Shown piece after piece: positions 47,721 through 58,260 of a stretch of 64,000 nt of DNA (positions are counted from its first letter, which is position 1; each line of letters begins with the position of its first letter). The DNA is from Fimbriimonadales bacterium (GTDB lineage Bacteria; Armatimonadota; Fimbriimonadia; Fimbriimonadales; ATM1). Under the pieces are notes generated by a model that was not told the DNA's origin, made no database searches, and saw only the letters and a program-made list of their open reading frames with translations. The position numbers and the translations under genes were made by a program. Location of the stretch: positions 96,001 to 160,000 of the forward strand of contig JBGTLG010000006.1 of assembly GCA_041744215.1 (NCBI GenBank), in the 5' to 3' direction.

Positions 47721-48632
47721 CTAATCCTTCGGCTGGAGGGCAAGTGATTCTTCAATGATCTCTTTTATCTCAGGGGTTAATCCCGGCGAGAACTCTTCGG
47801 GTCTTTCTGGAGCAGGTCCGGGATTGGGGGCGCCTTCCGGTGGTTCTTCCTGCGTTTCCACGCTTGTTCCGTCGTTTGCAGGTGACGATCCTTTGAACAC
47901 TTTCGCCATTTCCGATTCCACGAGACTGAAGTGATGCTGTCTCAGATGAAGACCCCGGCTCATCAGATCGTCAACTTCTGGATATCTGGTTGCGTCAAAA
48001 TCTGGTATTGGGAGCACTTTCCCCCAGTCAACTCCAAGCGATTCGAGCGCCTTAGCGAAGACCATTTCGTGCGCATGGTCTCGCACGATGAGGTAAGAAA
48101 CTGTAGCTCTGGCCGTTTTGTTCGCGGTCATTTCATAGATTCGGCACTTTTGCAAACGACCCGTGGATTCCAGCATCAAGTTATACAAAAGGTCTAGCGT
48201 CAAATTTCCGCTGTTGTAAACATAAGAGCCTGACCAGGGGTTACCAACGGAATCTACAGGAAGAGCTCCCTGCGCACCGACAAGGAAGTGGTGAATGTTC
48301 GGTGCAGTAAGGGCAATTTCCAGTGGTGTAGTTCCGCCTTCACCCGGCACCTTCTCTGGTTTGCCTTTGTAGCGGGGCGATCCATCGAGAAGGGTCGCTA
48401 TTGTGGTCGCGATGAGCTCAAAGTGTGAAATCTCTTCAACGCCTACGCCGTGAATGAGGTCTCGATACGGCTTTGCGTCACCTCGAAAATTGAACGACTG
48501 AAACAGATACTGCATCATCGTCCGCATTTCGCCAAACTGACCGCCAAGTCCCTCCTGCAAAGCGTTTGCCGCCGCTGGATCCGGTTCGTCGGGAACGATT
48601 TCATTGATTAGGTTGGGAACAGAAAAGTACAT
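47721..48632 (-). CDS. manganese catalase family protein
   Basis: LGGQFGEMRTMMQY, EEISHFE and RDHAH motifs. Confidence 0.92.
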   Translation of the reverse strand: MYFSVPNLINEIVPDEPDPAAANALQEGLGGQFGEMRTMMQYLFQSFNFRGDAKPYRDLIHGVGVEEISHFELIATTIATLLDGSPRYKGKPEKVPGEGGTTPLEIALTAPNIHHFLVGAQGALPVDSVGNPWSGSYVYNSGNLTLDLLYNLMLESTGRLQKCRIYEMTANKTARATVSYLIVRDHAHEMVFAKALESLGVDWGKVLPIPDFDATRYPEVDDLMSRGLHLRQHHFSLVESEMAKVFKGSSPANDGTSVETQEEPPEGAPNPGPAPERPEEFSPGLTPEIKEIIEESLALQPKD

Positions 48633-48929
48633 CGCATAACTCCTCTCAGGGATTTCCTGAATAGCTCTTAAACGACTTCTCCAACGTTTCATTCCCTAAG
48701 AACTGAAAATGAGCTGTCTTGATGGTGTCTGACAGATTCTTTGCGTCTGTTAAGTAAGGGACAGACGAGAATCACAAACTGAAGTTGTCCGTGAACGAGG
48801 ATCATCGGCGGGGGAGACGACTCTAAAAAGAGGTGCTTTCACAGGTTAGCTTTTAAGGAGGACTTTCACCGTTGCGAGGGAGCAATTGTCGTCCCAGCCA
48901 GGAAACTCGTTGCGCCATAATCTGGACAG

Positions 48930-49163
48930 ATGCGAAGCTCGACATTCCGACGCTCCCAACAACAGCGGCGCAAGGACTGGGCACGCAGCATCGTGAGCCG
49001 TTACCTGGATCCTGAGTCGCCAAAGGGTCGGAGGGAAGTTGGCCGCGTTGCCACCCACCACACTTTCTGCGGGTGCTTCTATTGCCGACGCCCCAAGTTG
49101 CTCCGCATTCCGAGGCTCGCTGAGTTACGGTCCGCGGCTGCCGACAAGGATGCTCTAGATTAG
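48930..49163 (+). CDS. small basic protein with H..CxCxxC motif
   Basis: CATAAT 8 nt upstream of ATG; HHTFCGCFYCRRPK. Confidence 0.55.
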   Translation: MRSSTFRRSQQQRRKDWARSIVSRYLDPESPKGRREVGRVATHHTFCGCFYCRRPKLLRIPRLAELRSAAADKDALD

Positions 49164-49274
49164 CAACTTGTTCTCGGTTTTCGCGGAGCCGCACTGCTTT
49201 GCGCTGCAATAGGGCGACAGGCCGACAAGGCTTGGGCCCGCCCGGAAGGGCCATTCGCGAAGCGCGGCATCACC

Positions 49275-49928
49275 TCAAGCCGAACCGCTCGATGAAGGAT
49301 TGATAACTATCTCCAGCCGTTGGCGATCCAGCCACCGAAAGGCCAGATCTTGAGGCAGGGGCACTCTCGCGCTGAGTCGCGGGGCGAGGACGGGAAAGCC
49401 GATTCCTTCGACCCGTGCGATGACGCCGCGTAAGGGCGCCTCAAGACACGCGGGGATTCGCATCGCCTCAGTCCAGGTTCCCTCGACCTTCAGCATCACG
49501 GGAAAGGTATCCCGAGTTGTGTTGAAGTTGATATGGACCTCGTTCGCACCGTCCTGCAGCGCTTGTGCCAGGATGCCGTTGAACAGCTTGACGAGCGGAG
49601 GCTCCGTGAGCATCTCCGTCGCGAGCCGATCCGCGACTTCGTAGCGGTTCGCCAGTTCCACGACTCTACGGTGCAGTTCCAGCCCTTCGGGTACCAGCGC
49701 TACTTCTTCAGAGAGTAGATCGGATTCTCTGCGCAAATTCTCAAGCGCAATCCGGAAGAGGAAGCTCTTCTCGTCTTTGCTGAGAAAAACCACGTAGTCC
49801 TTGGCACGCTTTTCGATGCCTTTCCCAAACTGTGGATCCTTATAGATACCGAAGGATCGACCAAAGGCGCGGGCCAGGAATGCAACGATGGCGATTGGAA
49901 TAGAGCGTTTCTGCAGGTTAAGCCGCAT
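49275..49928 (-). CDS. hypothetical protein with PilB/GspE N2-like domain and no ATPase domain
   Basis: EPPLVKLFNGILAQALQDGANEVHI...LKVEG motif; no Walker A. Confidence 0.65.
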   Translation of the reverse strand: MRLNLQKRSIPIAIVAFLARAFGRSFGIYKDPQFGKGIEKRAKDYVVFLSKDEKSFLFRIALENLRRESDLLSEEVALVPEGLELHRRVVELANRYEVADRLATEMLTEPPLVKLFNGILAQALQDGANEVHINFNTTRDTFPVMLKVEGTWTEAMRIPACLEAPLRGVIARVEGIGFPVLAPRLSARVPLPQDLAFRWLDRQRLEIVINPSSSGSA

Positions 49929-49947
49929 ACTGTGAAGTCTTTTACCC

Positions 49948-50886
49948 TTACAGGTTCTTGTGCAGTTTGGACGCCAGGTCCCGCGCGGCGGATGGCCAGT
50001 CCGGGAACCTGAACTCAAAACCAGCCTGAAGCAACCGAGTCGGGACGACACGTCGACTCTTCAACACAAGTTCGCTCTCGGTACGCATGATCCGCGTCCC
50101 GATCTCGATCATCCACGCCGTCGCCGGCACGCCGATGCGCACACCTAGCGCCTGCCGAAGTGTAGCTGCAAACTCCACCTGCGGCAGCGGATTCGGCGAG
50201 CAGACATTGACCGGTCCGTCGAGCGATTCGTGATCGATGAGGAACTGGACTGCGTGCGCGAAGTCGTGCTCGTGAATCCATGAGACGTACTGCCGCCCCG
50301 AGCCTTGCCGACCGCCGAGGCCGCGCCGAGCGAGGGTTGCCAACACGTCGAAGATGCTGCCGCGATCGGGCGACATCGTCATTGCGCTGCGCATCGCCAC
50401 CTTGCGAACGCCCGGTGTTTCTGCGGCATCGAGCTCCGCCTCCCACGCCTTTGCAATTGCAATGCTCGCATTCCATGTGCGCGGTGCGCCGACCTCGTCG
50501 CCGCCGATGATGCCGGTGAGTTCGTCGTTCGGCGCGTCGAAACGGTGGGTGTAGATGGTCGCCGTGGCAGCTTGGAGCCACACCCTCGGAGGCGTTGTTT
50601 GAAGGAGTGCCTGGCCAAGTACGCGTACCGATCGCACGCGGCTCTGCATCATGGCGTCGAGGTTCTTAGCCGTGTAGCGGCAGTTCACGCTCTGACCAGC
50701 GAGGTTGATGAGCACGTCCGCACCATCAATAGCGTCAACCCATGGTCCGAGGTTTTCGCCATCCCACCGGCTGACGCCCGGTCTCTCAGACCGACTGAGG
50801 ACGATCACCTCGTCGCCGCGGGTGGCGAAGTGCCGCTTCAGCAGCGCGCCGATATGCCCAGTGCCTCCAGCGAGAACGACCTTCAT
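49948..50886 (-). CDS. TIGR01777 family NAD-dependent epimerase-like oxidoreductase
   Basis: GGTGHIG, INLAG, GSGRQYVSWIH and SRRVVPTRL motifs. Confidence 0.9.
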   Translation of the reverse strand: MKVVLAGGTGHIGALLKRHFATRGDEVIVLSRSERPGVSRWDGENLGPWVDAIDGADVLINLAGQSVNCRYTAKNLDAMMQSRVRSVRVLGQALLQTTPPRVWLQAATATIYTHRFDAPNDELTGIIGGDEVGAPRTWNASIAIAKAWEAELDAAETPGVRKVAMRSAMTMSPDRGSIFDVLATLARRGLGGRQGSGRQYVSWIHEHDFAHAVQFLIDHESLDGPVNVCSPNPLPQVEFAATLRQALGVRIGVPATAWMIEIGTRIMRTESELVLKSRRVVPTRLLQAGFEFRFPDWPSAARDLASKLHKNL

Positions 50887-51047
50887 TGTGGCTTCGAGGT
50901 GATGATACTCGTGACTGCACCCCGAACCAAGGTAACGGAAACCGTTGAAAGTTTCCTTAATCTGGCTCTTGCACCTCGCCCGATTGCATCGCCGGGAACG
51001 CTATGGCCGGAGCCTCGCCAACCTCAGGCGGCGGTTCATACTGAGTT

Positions 51048-51872
51048 GTGGAGACCGTTCGCTTCGCCCCAAGCCCAACGGGATGGCTGCATATCGGGCA
51101 CGCCTACTCAGCCGCCTTCGCAAAGGACGCCGCGCGAGGCGGTCGCTACATTCTCCGAATCGAAGACATCGATCAGGGCAGATCGAGGGACGAGTTCATT
51201 GACGCCATATTCGAGGACTTGCAGTGGTTGGGAATTGAATGGGAACAGCCACCCACTTTCCAATCCAAACGGCTGCAACTTTACGAGAGCGCGCTCGCAC
51301 GCCTCATTGAGCAAGGATGCGTCTACCCTTGCTTCTGCTCGCGCAAAGACATCGCCGAAGCGCTCCAAGCCCCCCATAAAACTTTCGATCAGTACCCGGG
51401 AACGTGTCGCCTGCTTTCGAAAAAAGAGGCTGCCCAACGCATCGACGAAAGCGCCAGTTTCGCGTGGCGACTCGACGTCTCGCTCGCCCTCGAACGCATT
51501 GGGCCGCTGACCTGGAACGATCGAAAGCGCGGCGTACAAACTGTGCATAGCGGCGACATCGGCGATCCTATCGTCGGCAGAAAGGACGCCCCGACGAGTT
51601 ACCACCTTAGCTCGGTCGTCGACGATGCCGACCACGGAATCTCGCTGGTGACTCGCGGTGAAGACCTCGTCGATGCGACCCCCATCCACCGGATCCTCCA
51701 AGAGTTGTTAGGTCTCGCGGTGCCCGAGTACGAGCATCACCCCTTGGTCGGCGACGCGCACGGAAACCGTCTCTCCAAGCGCGACCATTCGGTAAGTCTT
51801 CGCCAGTTGCGCGAAAGCGGAATGACTCCATACGAAGTCCTGGAGGTGGCAACCGCCCGCATCATCCATTAG
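51048..51872 (+). CDS. gluQ: glutamyl-Q tRNA(Asp) synthetase
   Basis: RFAPSPTGWLHIGH, LRIEDID, CFCSR, RGEDL and RLSKR motifs; no anticodon-binding domain. Confidence 0.88.
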   Translation: METVRFAPSPTGWLHIGHAYSAAFAKDAARGGRYILRIEDIDQGRSRDEFIDAIFEDLQWLGIEWEQPPTFQSKRLQLYESALARLIEQGCVYPCFCSRKDIAEALQAPHKTFDQYPGTCRLLSKKEAAQRIDESASFAWRLDVSLALERIGPLTWNDRKRGVQTVHSGDIGDPIVGRKDAPTSYHLSSVVDDADHGISLVTRGEDLVDATPIHRILQELLGLAVPEYEHHPLVGDAHGNRLSKRDHSVSLRQLRESGMTPYEVLEVATARIIH

Positions 51873-51911
51873 TGCCAGCCCCAGTCCCCGTCGTGTAAAA
51901 TCACCCGACCT

Positions 51912-52460
51912 ATGCCTCCTGTCTTTGAAGTTCTCGCCCAAGTTCTCCTTCCGCTCGTCATTCTCACAGCGCCCACTCCGCAAAAGCCCGACGAGAACGC
52001 CGACTTCACATTTAACAAAGTCGAGTACTTCCACCGCTACACCAAGGACAACCTTCGCGAGTTCACGCCCAAGGGACAATCGGATCTAAAGAAATGGACC
52101 GACATGTTCACGATCAACGACTACCCGACCATCAAGGACGGCGAAGCGCTTGCGGCAGCGGCGAACTCAGTTCTCGAAACCTACAAAGCCCACCAAGCCA
52201 TAGTGGTCCGCACAGCCTCCGTCCCGAGAACCGAGACCAAACCGGCCGAGCACCTCATCGTCGTCGTCTTCCCGAGACCTGAGTTTATGGAGGCCTCTTT
52301 CACTCGCTTCGTGATTGACAAAGGCGTCGGCGCATCGCTGGTCTATTCGCATCGAATCTACGGAAGCAAGGTCGGCGACGCGATGAGCGCATGGCTGACA
52401 AGCAACGGCGAGAAGATTGAAAAAGCGCTCATGGGAATGCCGTCAGTTCCGAAACGTTAG
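51912..52460 (+). CDS. hypothetical exported protein
   Basis: Hydrophobic N-terminus, coding-like codon usage, TAAAAT upstream. Confidence 0.65.
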   Translation: MPPVFEVLAQVLLPLVILTAPTPQKPDENADFTFNKVEYFHRYTKDNLREFTPKGQSDLKKWTDMFTINDYPTIKDGEALAAAANSVLETYKAHQAIVVRTASVPRTETKPAEHLIVVVFPRPEFMEASFTRFVIDKGVGASLVYSHRIYGSKVGDAMSAWLTSNGEKIEKALMGMPSVPKR

Positions 52461-52487
52461 GACGACTACAAACAAACGCGCCGCGTG

Positions 52488-53977
52488 TCAGTTTGCAAAT
52501 CCGCGCGCGGCCTCTTCGAGCAATGCAAGCGCGGCCCGCGCCTCAGACAAAACCTTGGCGTGCCGATCAATGGTGTCGTCCACAGCGTTGAAATGATCCA
52601 ATCCGTGCGTCTTGAGAAATCGATCCACTTCCTCGGGTTTCTCTGAAGCGATCTCCTCCCAAGTCTTCAAGTGCCTCTTGGCGGCTGAAATGGCGCGACG
52701 CGGGTCCGCGCCAGCCGCAAGTAAAAGCCGGATGCAGTCGGTTTCGCCCATCTCCGCGGCCGCCATGAGCGGGGTCCTGCCGTGCTTGTCGCGAACATCC
52801 ACCTCGGCCCCGTACTCGAGCAACACCCGCACCGAAGTCGGCGATCCCCAGTCACCGCTCACCGCCTCATGCAGCGGGTACCCCCCCTTGCCTCAGCGTT
52901 CGGATCGGCGCCAGCGTCGAGCAACACACGCAGCGTCTCCTCAACGTCCGAATTCTCCCGGCCGCCATTGCCGTCACCTTGCCAGCACGACCAATGGAGC
53001 GCGCTGCCGAGATCTTTGTCGGGAAAGTTCACGTCGGCCCCTTCCGCGATCAGCAACCGAACTGCGGATGGATTCATACACAGTCCGGAGCAGTTGATCA
53101 GCTTCTGCTGCAGCACCGCTTGGCGCTCTGCTGGGTCCGCGATTTGGCGGATCATTGCCATCGCAGCCGAAAGCCGATTAGCTTCGAACGCATCGTCGAT
53201 CGGGTCGCGCGCAAGCCTGTCGTCGACTCTCTGAAGGCCGAGGCCAAAAAACAACTCGGCGATCTCATCGGTCTTAGCATGGTTCAGCGCGTTCTCTCGG
53301 CCACAGGCAAAATCAGCCGGAAATCCTTGCGATAGGACGAGCCTGACGCACTCGAGGCTCCCCGACTGCGCGGCGAGAAACAGCGGCACAAGGGAGGGCT
53401 CGTAGCCACTCGGGTCTTGCTGAAACTCCGGCATCGATTCGAGAATCTTTGGCACAGGGGATGGCAGTCCATGTGCGAACCGCGTCACCTTTGCGGGCCA
53501 TACCGACGCTCCGCGTTCGATGAGCAGCGCAACCCTCGCCGGGTCGCCGACGGTACAGGCCTCGCCCAGCGCAGTCCGCCCGTTGTCGGCCACCTCGCTT
53601 GCGTCCAAGCCTGCATCCAGCAAAAGCCGCAGGCGATCCACGTCGCCCCCGCCCCAATCCCGATACGGGTGATACTCATCCAAGTCGCCGGTGTCGGGGT
53701 ACCCCGTCCCACCGCCCGACGCATACCAAAGAGCGGTGACTCCGCCCGCCGAAACCGCGCGAGGATCGGCGCCTCCCTCCAACACGGCCGCCACCGTCGC
53801 GGCGTTGGATCGAGGACTCGCCGCCGCCGCCATGAGCGCGGTCACCGAGGAAAGGAACGCGCCGTGGTCACCCGCCGGGTCGCACCGCTCGTCGGGGTCC
53901 GCACCAGCGAGCAGCAATTCGCGCACCTCGTCGGTACGCCCTTCCCGGGCAACCACGAACAACTGAGGCAATGCCAT
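52488..53977 (-). pseudogene. ankyrin repeat protein split by a frameshift at a G7 tract
   Basis: Two overlapping ankyrin ORFs; adding one G at 52881-52887 gives ...ARGGYPLHEAVSGDWGS... Confidence 0.8.
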
Positions 53978-54125
53978 CCAATCAGTATGTCTTCGTCTGC
54001 CCCGGTTGAGCAACAATGGCCGGTTGCAACATGTTGGACCGCCCGCGGCTTGGCGAGGAGGCCTTTTTCTTGGTGAGGCGAGTCTGCCCATGCCTTAGCG
54101 GTCCATGCTTCGGCCTACCGCAACA

Positions 54126-56870
54126 TCATCCGGTGCTTTGCATCGCGGCGGCAATTCCCGCAATAGTTTGCAGCATCGCTTCCTTCCATGCCGGATCGCC
54201 TTCGGAAAGTTCAGTCCAATCATCCATGAGGGCGACCTGCAAAACGCTAAGCGGCATAACTGCAGGATTCCGGAACTCTACAGTATTGCGAATGACCTTC
54301 GCGGATTCAAGAATCTCCGACTCTCCAGTTATCGCCAATATCGAGTCTCGCGTTTTCCGATACTCGTCTTCGATCTGAGCTTGTACTCGCACGCCAAGTT
54401 CCTTTGGCTTTACGCGCTTCGCATAGAGCTGAGAAGTGGGAATGTGTGCTCGCGTTAGTTCGAGCTGCGCGTTATCAATGACGGATCGAAAAAACGGCCA
54501 CTCCAAATACATCTCCCGAAGAGTCGCTAAGCCTTCAGGGCTGCTTCGCAACTTTGCGATAGCTGTACCCATCCCGTACCATCCGACTAATGTCGTTCTG
54601 CTTTGAACCCACGCAAAATTCCAAGGGATCGCTCGCAGTCCCTCAATGCTCTGTAGCGCATTGCCTGGCCTAAACACAGGTCGCGACGCTATAGGCAAGG
54701 CGCTAATGTGGTCGATCGGTGTTGCCTGAGAGTAGAAGCTCCAAAACTCTCCATCTTCATAGACAAGATCACGGTACTTTTGCCGTGATTCACTCTCGAG
54801 TTCGGTCATAACCCTTGAGTACTTTTCCTCTGCACCTCGCGCGCCAACTCCCGCTGCTGCAAGCAAAACAGCATTGACGATCTGCTCAAGATGGCGGTGC
54901 GCGATCGGCGCGAGCGAATAGCGAAACGAAACTACTTCACCCTGCTCGGTGAACCTTATTTTGCCGCTAAATGAACCTGCGGGTTGCGCGAGAATCGCGC
55001 GGTTAGCTCGACCTCCCCCGCGACCCACAGTTCCCCCTCGTCCATGGAAGAGATCGATAGCAATCTGAGTTGTCTGGCTAACTTCAGCCAATGAAGCGAT
55101 TGTGGATTGAAGAGCCCAATTCGCCGCTAGGTATCCTCCATCTTTGCTTGAGTCGCTGTAGCCAAGCATGACTTCTTGCCGATCGTTTCTACTTCGCAAG
55201 TGCTCGCGATAAGTCACATTCTCAAACAGCTGCAGCATGAGATCCGCCGAGTTATGTAAGTCGCTTATCGTCTCAAACAGTGGAACGATATCGATATCAC
55301 TTTCAATCAACCCCTCTGGAGAAACTCGAGTGACCCCAGCCTCTTTACATAAAAGCAAGACCTCAAGAAGATCGCTAACTCCGTGGGTCATTGAGATAAC
55401 GTAGGAGGCGACAGACTCTTTGTTCAACTCCTCCTGAGCTCTGCGAACAACAAAGAAAACTTCTAAAACAGAACGCGCTCGCTCGCTCAGTTCATAGGTT
55501 ACTGGCATGATTGGCCGCGGATTCTTCAACTCTCGTGTTAACAAGTCGATCTTTTTGCGCTCTTCCAAACTGGAATAGTCCTCAACAACACCGGCTGCAC
55601 GCAACATCTCTGTCACAACTTCCTCATGACGCTCACTGTGTTGCCTAATGTCGAGAGAAGCCAAGTGAATTCCAAAGGCCTCCACTTGCCTAATCAAATG
55701 AGCTAGCTCGCCGCTCTTGCTGATCCTCTCGGCGCGATTGTCTTGCAAGCTAGATTGAATCTCTCGAAGATCAGCCAGCAGCTCCGCTGCAGAGGCATAC
55801 GACCCCTCGTCTCGATTGATCGTCCGCTTAAGGCGCTCTTCAATGGCCAGCAAAGCAAGCACATAAGGTTCTTGCGAGTACCGCTTCTGATGCTCACTCT
55901 TTAAGAGTTTCTGAATCTTGAACGACTCGGTCCTTTCAAGAAGAGGTTCACTGGCGTCTACAAGCTTCAGGCTCTGGGTTAGCTCTTGTCTCAATGAAAC
56001 AACTTTTCTAAGATAGATCTCGATCGCTTGATTCTTGTGAGCAAGTACCGTCCTCCAAGTTACATCCGGCGTAACATTTGGGTTGCCATCTCTGTCGCCT
56101 CCTACCCATGAGCGATACTTGATGAATGCAGGGAGCACAAAGTCTTCGTTTGGATAAGCCTCATTCAGGGCCTTGAGCAAGTCATCGTGTAGCCAAGGCA
56201 CGACCTCTGCGATAGTACTTTCAAAAAAGTAAAGCGCATTGCGCACTTCTTCGTCGACCGAGAGCTGCACGGATCTCATCTCGTCCGTCTGCCAAAGAGT
56301 CGTAATCGTTCTGTAAATGGACTCTTCTGCCCTTCCCGCCGTTTCGAGAGGGTCGTCGAGAGTCGGCTCGCTGCCGATCTCAGTTAGACACTTTGCAAGG
56401 TTGCGAAGCTTGTCAAGCACCGCTTTGCGCTTCGCCTCTGTCGGATGTGCGGTCAATGTCGGCGTAATCTCGATGCGGCTTAGAAGGTTTTGCATCGAGT
56501 CCGCGTCATAACCTGAGTCTTTGAGCTTAAGAATGGCGTCGCGAATAGACTCGCTGCGCTCAGAGCGCCGCTCGCGATTTACACGAACGATCTCTTTCTG
56601 TTCTGCAATGTTTGCAAGTTGAAAGTGCAACGTGAACGCTCGCGCTAAGCTGCGAAAAACCTGTGGGTTGCGCAATTCCGGATAAAGGGTGAAGACCTGC
56701 ATGCTGTCTACAGCACCATCCGTCAACAACCTTCTCGCAATAGCAAGAAACTCCGGTCCTTGTTGCTCCCCAAGAACAGTCCCAAGCGCAAGGTCGAACA
56801 CGCGTAGATCATTCGACAGAGACTGCCTTAGATTGAAGGCTTCGGGTTCAACGTTCAAAAACGATCGCAT
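54126..56870 (-). CDS. ppc: phosphoenolpyruvate carboxylase
   Basis: LTAHPTE, GGDRDGNP, VPLFET, MLGYSDSSKDGG, FHGRGG..GRGG, LRAIPW and C-terminal MQSTG motifs. Confidence 0.95.
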   Translation of the reverse strand: MRSFLNVEPEAFNLRQSLSNDLRVFDLALGTVLGEQQGPEFLAIARRLLTDGAVDSMQVFTLYPELRNPQVFRSLARAFTLHFQLANIAEQKEIVRVNRERRSERSESIRDAILKLKDSGYDADSMQNLLSRIEITPTLTAHPTEAKRKAVLDKLRNLAKCLTEIGSEPTLDDPLETAGRAEESIYRTITTLWQTDEMRSVQLSVDEEVRNALYFFESTIAEVVPWLHDDLLKALNEAYPNEDFVLPAFIKYRSWVGGDRDGNPNVTPDVTWRTVLAHKNQAIEIYLRKVVSLRQELTQSLKLVDASEPLLERTESFKIQKLLKSEHQKRYSQEPYVLALLAIEERLKRTINRDEGSYASAAELLADLREIQSSLQDNRAERISKSGELAHLIRQVEAFGIHLASLDIRQHSERHEEVVTEMLRAAGVVEDYSSLEERKKIDLLTRELKNPRPIMPVTYELSERARSVLEVFFVVRRAQEELNKESVASYVISMTHGVSDLLEVLLLCKEAGVTRVSPEGLIESDIDIVPLFETISDLHNSADLMLQLFENVTYREHLRSRNDRQEVMLGYSDSSKDGGYLAANWALQSTIASLAEVSQTTQIAIDLFHGRGGTVGRGGGRANRAILAQPAGSFSGKIRFTEQGEVVSFRYSLAPIAHRHLEQIVNAVLLAAAGVGARGAEEKYSRVMTELESESRQKYRDLVYEDGEFWSFYSQATPIDHISALPIASRPVFRPGNALQSIEGLRAIPWNFAWVQSRTTLVGWYGMGTAIAKLRSSPEGLATLREMYLEWPFFRSVIDNAQLELTRAHIPTSQLYAKRVKPKELGVRVQAQIEDEYRKTRDSILAITGESEILESAKVIRNTVEFRNPAVMPLSVLQVALMDDWTELSEGDPAWKEAMLQTIAGIAAAMQSTG

Positions 56871-57154
56871 CTCTTGATGGCACTGTACCACCACGGCTGT
56901 GATGGGCGTGTATGGCAGCGGAGTTGAAGTGATCGAAGCGCAAGATGTCAAAGCGTCTGACATCAACATCGTCTAATCACGGACAGTGCGCTTGGATTTC
57001 CAAAAGGGAACTGTTGCAAGACTTGATTGATAGGTCTCAAGTGTTGACCATGCTATCTACCTACAAAACTCCTTTCTCAGCTCCGACATTCTCTTCAGCA
57101 CAGCGGTATCAACCCACCAATAACAAGGGACCCATCTGCATTCAATCACAACTT

Positions 57155-57970
57155 TCATGCGGAGCCGGGAGGTGATTGCGGTGGCAAACTGCGAAGGTCT
57201 TCTCGCAATGCAAGCACCTCTTTGCGAAGTTCTTCAAACGCGGTTGCGCCCACTAACTCCGCCTCTTCACTTTCCGCATCCCGACCCACGAAGAAAGTTG
57301 CCAGCGCAGCAGTCAGATATCCGAACATCGCCAAAGCATAAAGCGAAAGAATAATGCAAAGAATGCGCCCTTCAGGAGTTTCCGGCCAGTACTGCGAGCC
57401 CATTGTCGTAACAATCATTGCGGTCCACCACAGCGCCTCGCCATAACTCTGCGGCCCACCCACCACGTTGCGCTCAAACGCAAAGATCCCGGCTGCGCCC
57501 GCGAATACAACAAGAATGGTAAGAGCGACGACATACCCAAAACCGCGCCGTCCCAGGCTTGCCCCGAGCGCGCCCATGCCACGATTGAGCGATGTGATAA
57601 CGCGCACAAGGCGTAGGCTTCGGCCCACTCTGGCCAGGCGCAACAGCCGAAATGCATGAAAAATCCGGAAGACTCGAAGCGCTGGCAAAACCAGCGACAA
57701 AACAACGAGCCAGTTCGTCCTCACATGTGCGATTTTCTTTGGCGCGAGGGTGAACTCTACCAAGAAGCCGAGTATGAAGATGATCCAGATGATGGTGGCT
57801 AGGAGATTGAGCGGCCCGCTTTCTCCCCAAACAAACTCGCCGATCAGGAGCGCCAGCCAAACAAAGGCAAGAACCAGCAGCGGAACCTCCAACCAATCCT
57901 GCACCCGCCGCAGAAGTTCGTATCGCTCCTTCTCGAGCTCCTGCTCTTCGATGTCGTTGCGTTCGTTCAT
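57155..57970 (-). CDS. 6-TM ion transporter (voltage-gated K-channel-like) with atypical filter
   Basis: S4 segment RVFRIFHAFRLLRLARVGR; pore WWTAMIVTTMGSQYWP. Confidence 0.85.
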   Translation of the reverse strand: MNERNDIEEQELEKERYELLRRVQDWLEVPLLVLAFVWLALLIGEFVWGESGPLNLLATIIWIIFILGFLVEFTLAPKKIAHVRTNWLVVLSLVLPALRVFRIFHAFRLLRLARVGRSLRLVRVITSLNRGMGALGASLGRRGFGYVVALTILVVFAGAAGIFAFERNVVGGPQSYGEALWWTAMIVTTMGSQYWPETPEGRILCIILSLYALAMFGYLTAALATFFVGRDAESEEAELVGATAFEELRKEVLALREDLRSLPPQSPPGSA

Positions 57971-57992
57971 GTGCTTTCTTACGGCTCGGCGA

Positions 57993-58110
57993 TGGCAAGG
58001 TGATCAAGTCATGATCACTCGCACCACCCAAATGGCAATTCCCACAACAGGATCACCCGGGAAAAGCGTCATCGCAGAATCAGGAGAGTGGCAATCTCAA
58101 CAAGGTGCAG
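57993..58110. repeat. about 115-bp dispersed repeat, copy 1
   Basis: Colinear blocks shared with 58809-58922. Confidence 0.7.
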
Positions 58111-58260
58111 ATTCTGATCATCATCGCGGATCAGCATTGGTTTACGAGCTGACAATTCTCTCAACATCCAACTGATCGCCTTCGCGCAGATGGTCGAAAG
58201 CGCGTCAGCAAGCTCATCTCGCTGCCGATCTTTGTCAGTTTCGGCTATGCAGCCGCGGAA

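Noticed and set aside
50305-51510. 401-aa plus-strand ORF and other long overlapping ORFs (e.g. 41204-42022, 13079-13825)
   Set aside because: Shadow ORFs of well-supported genes, expected in GC-rich DNA.
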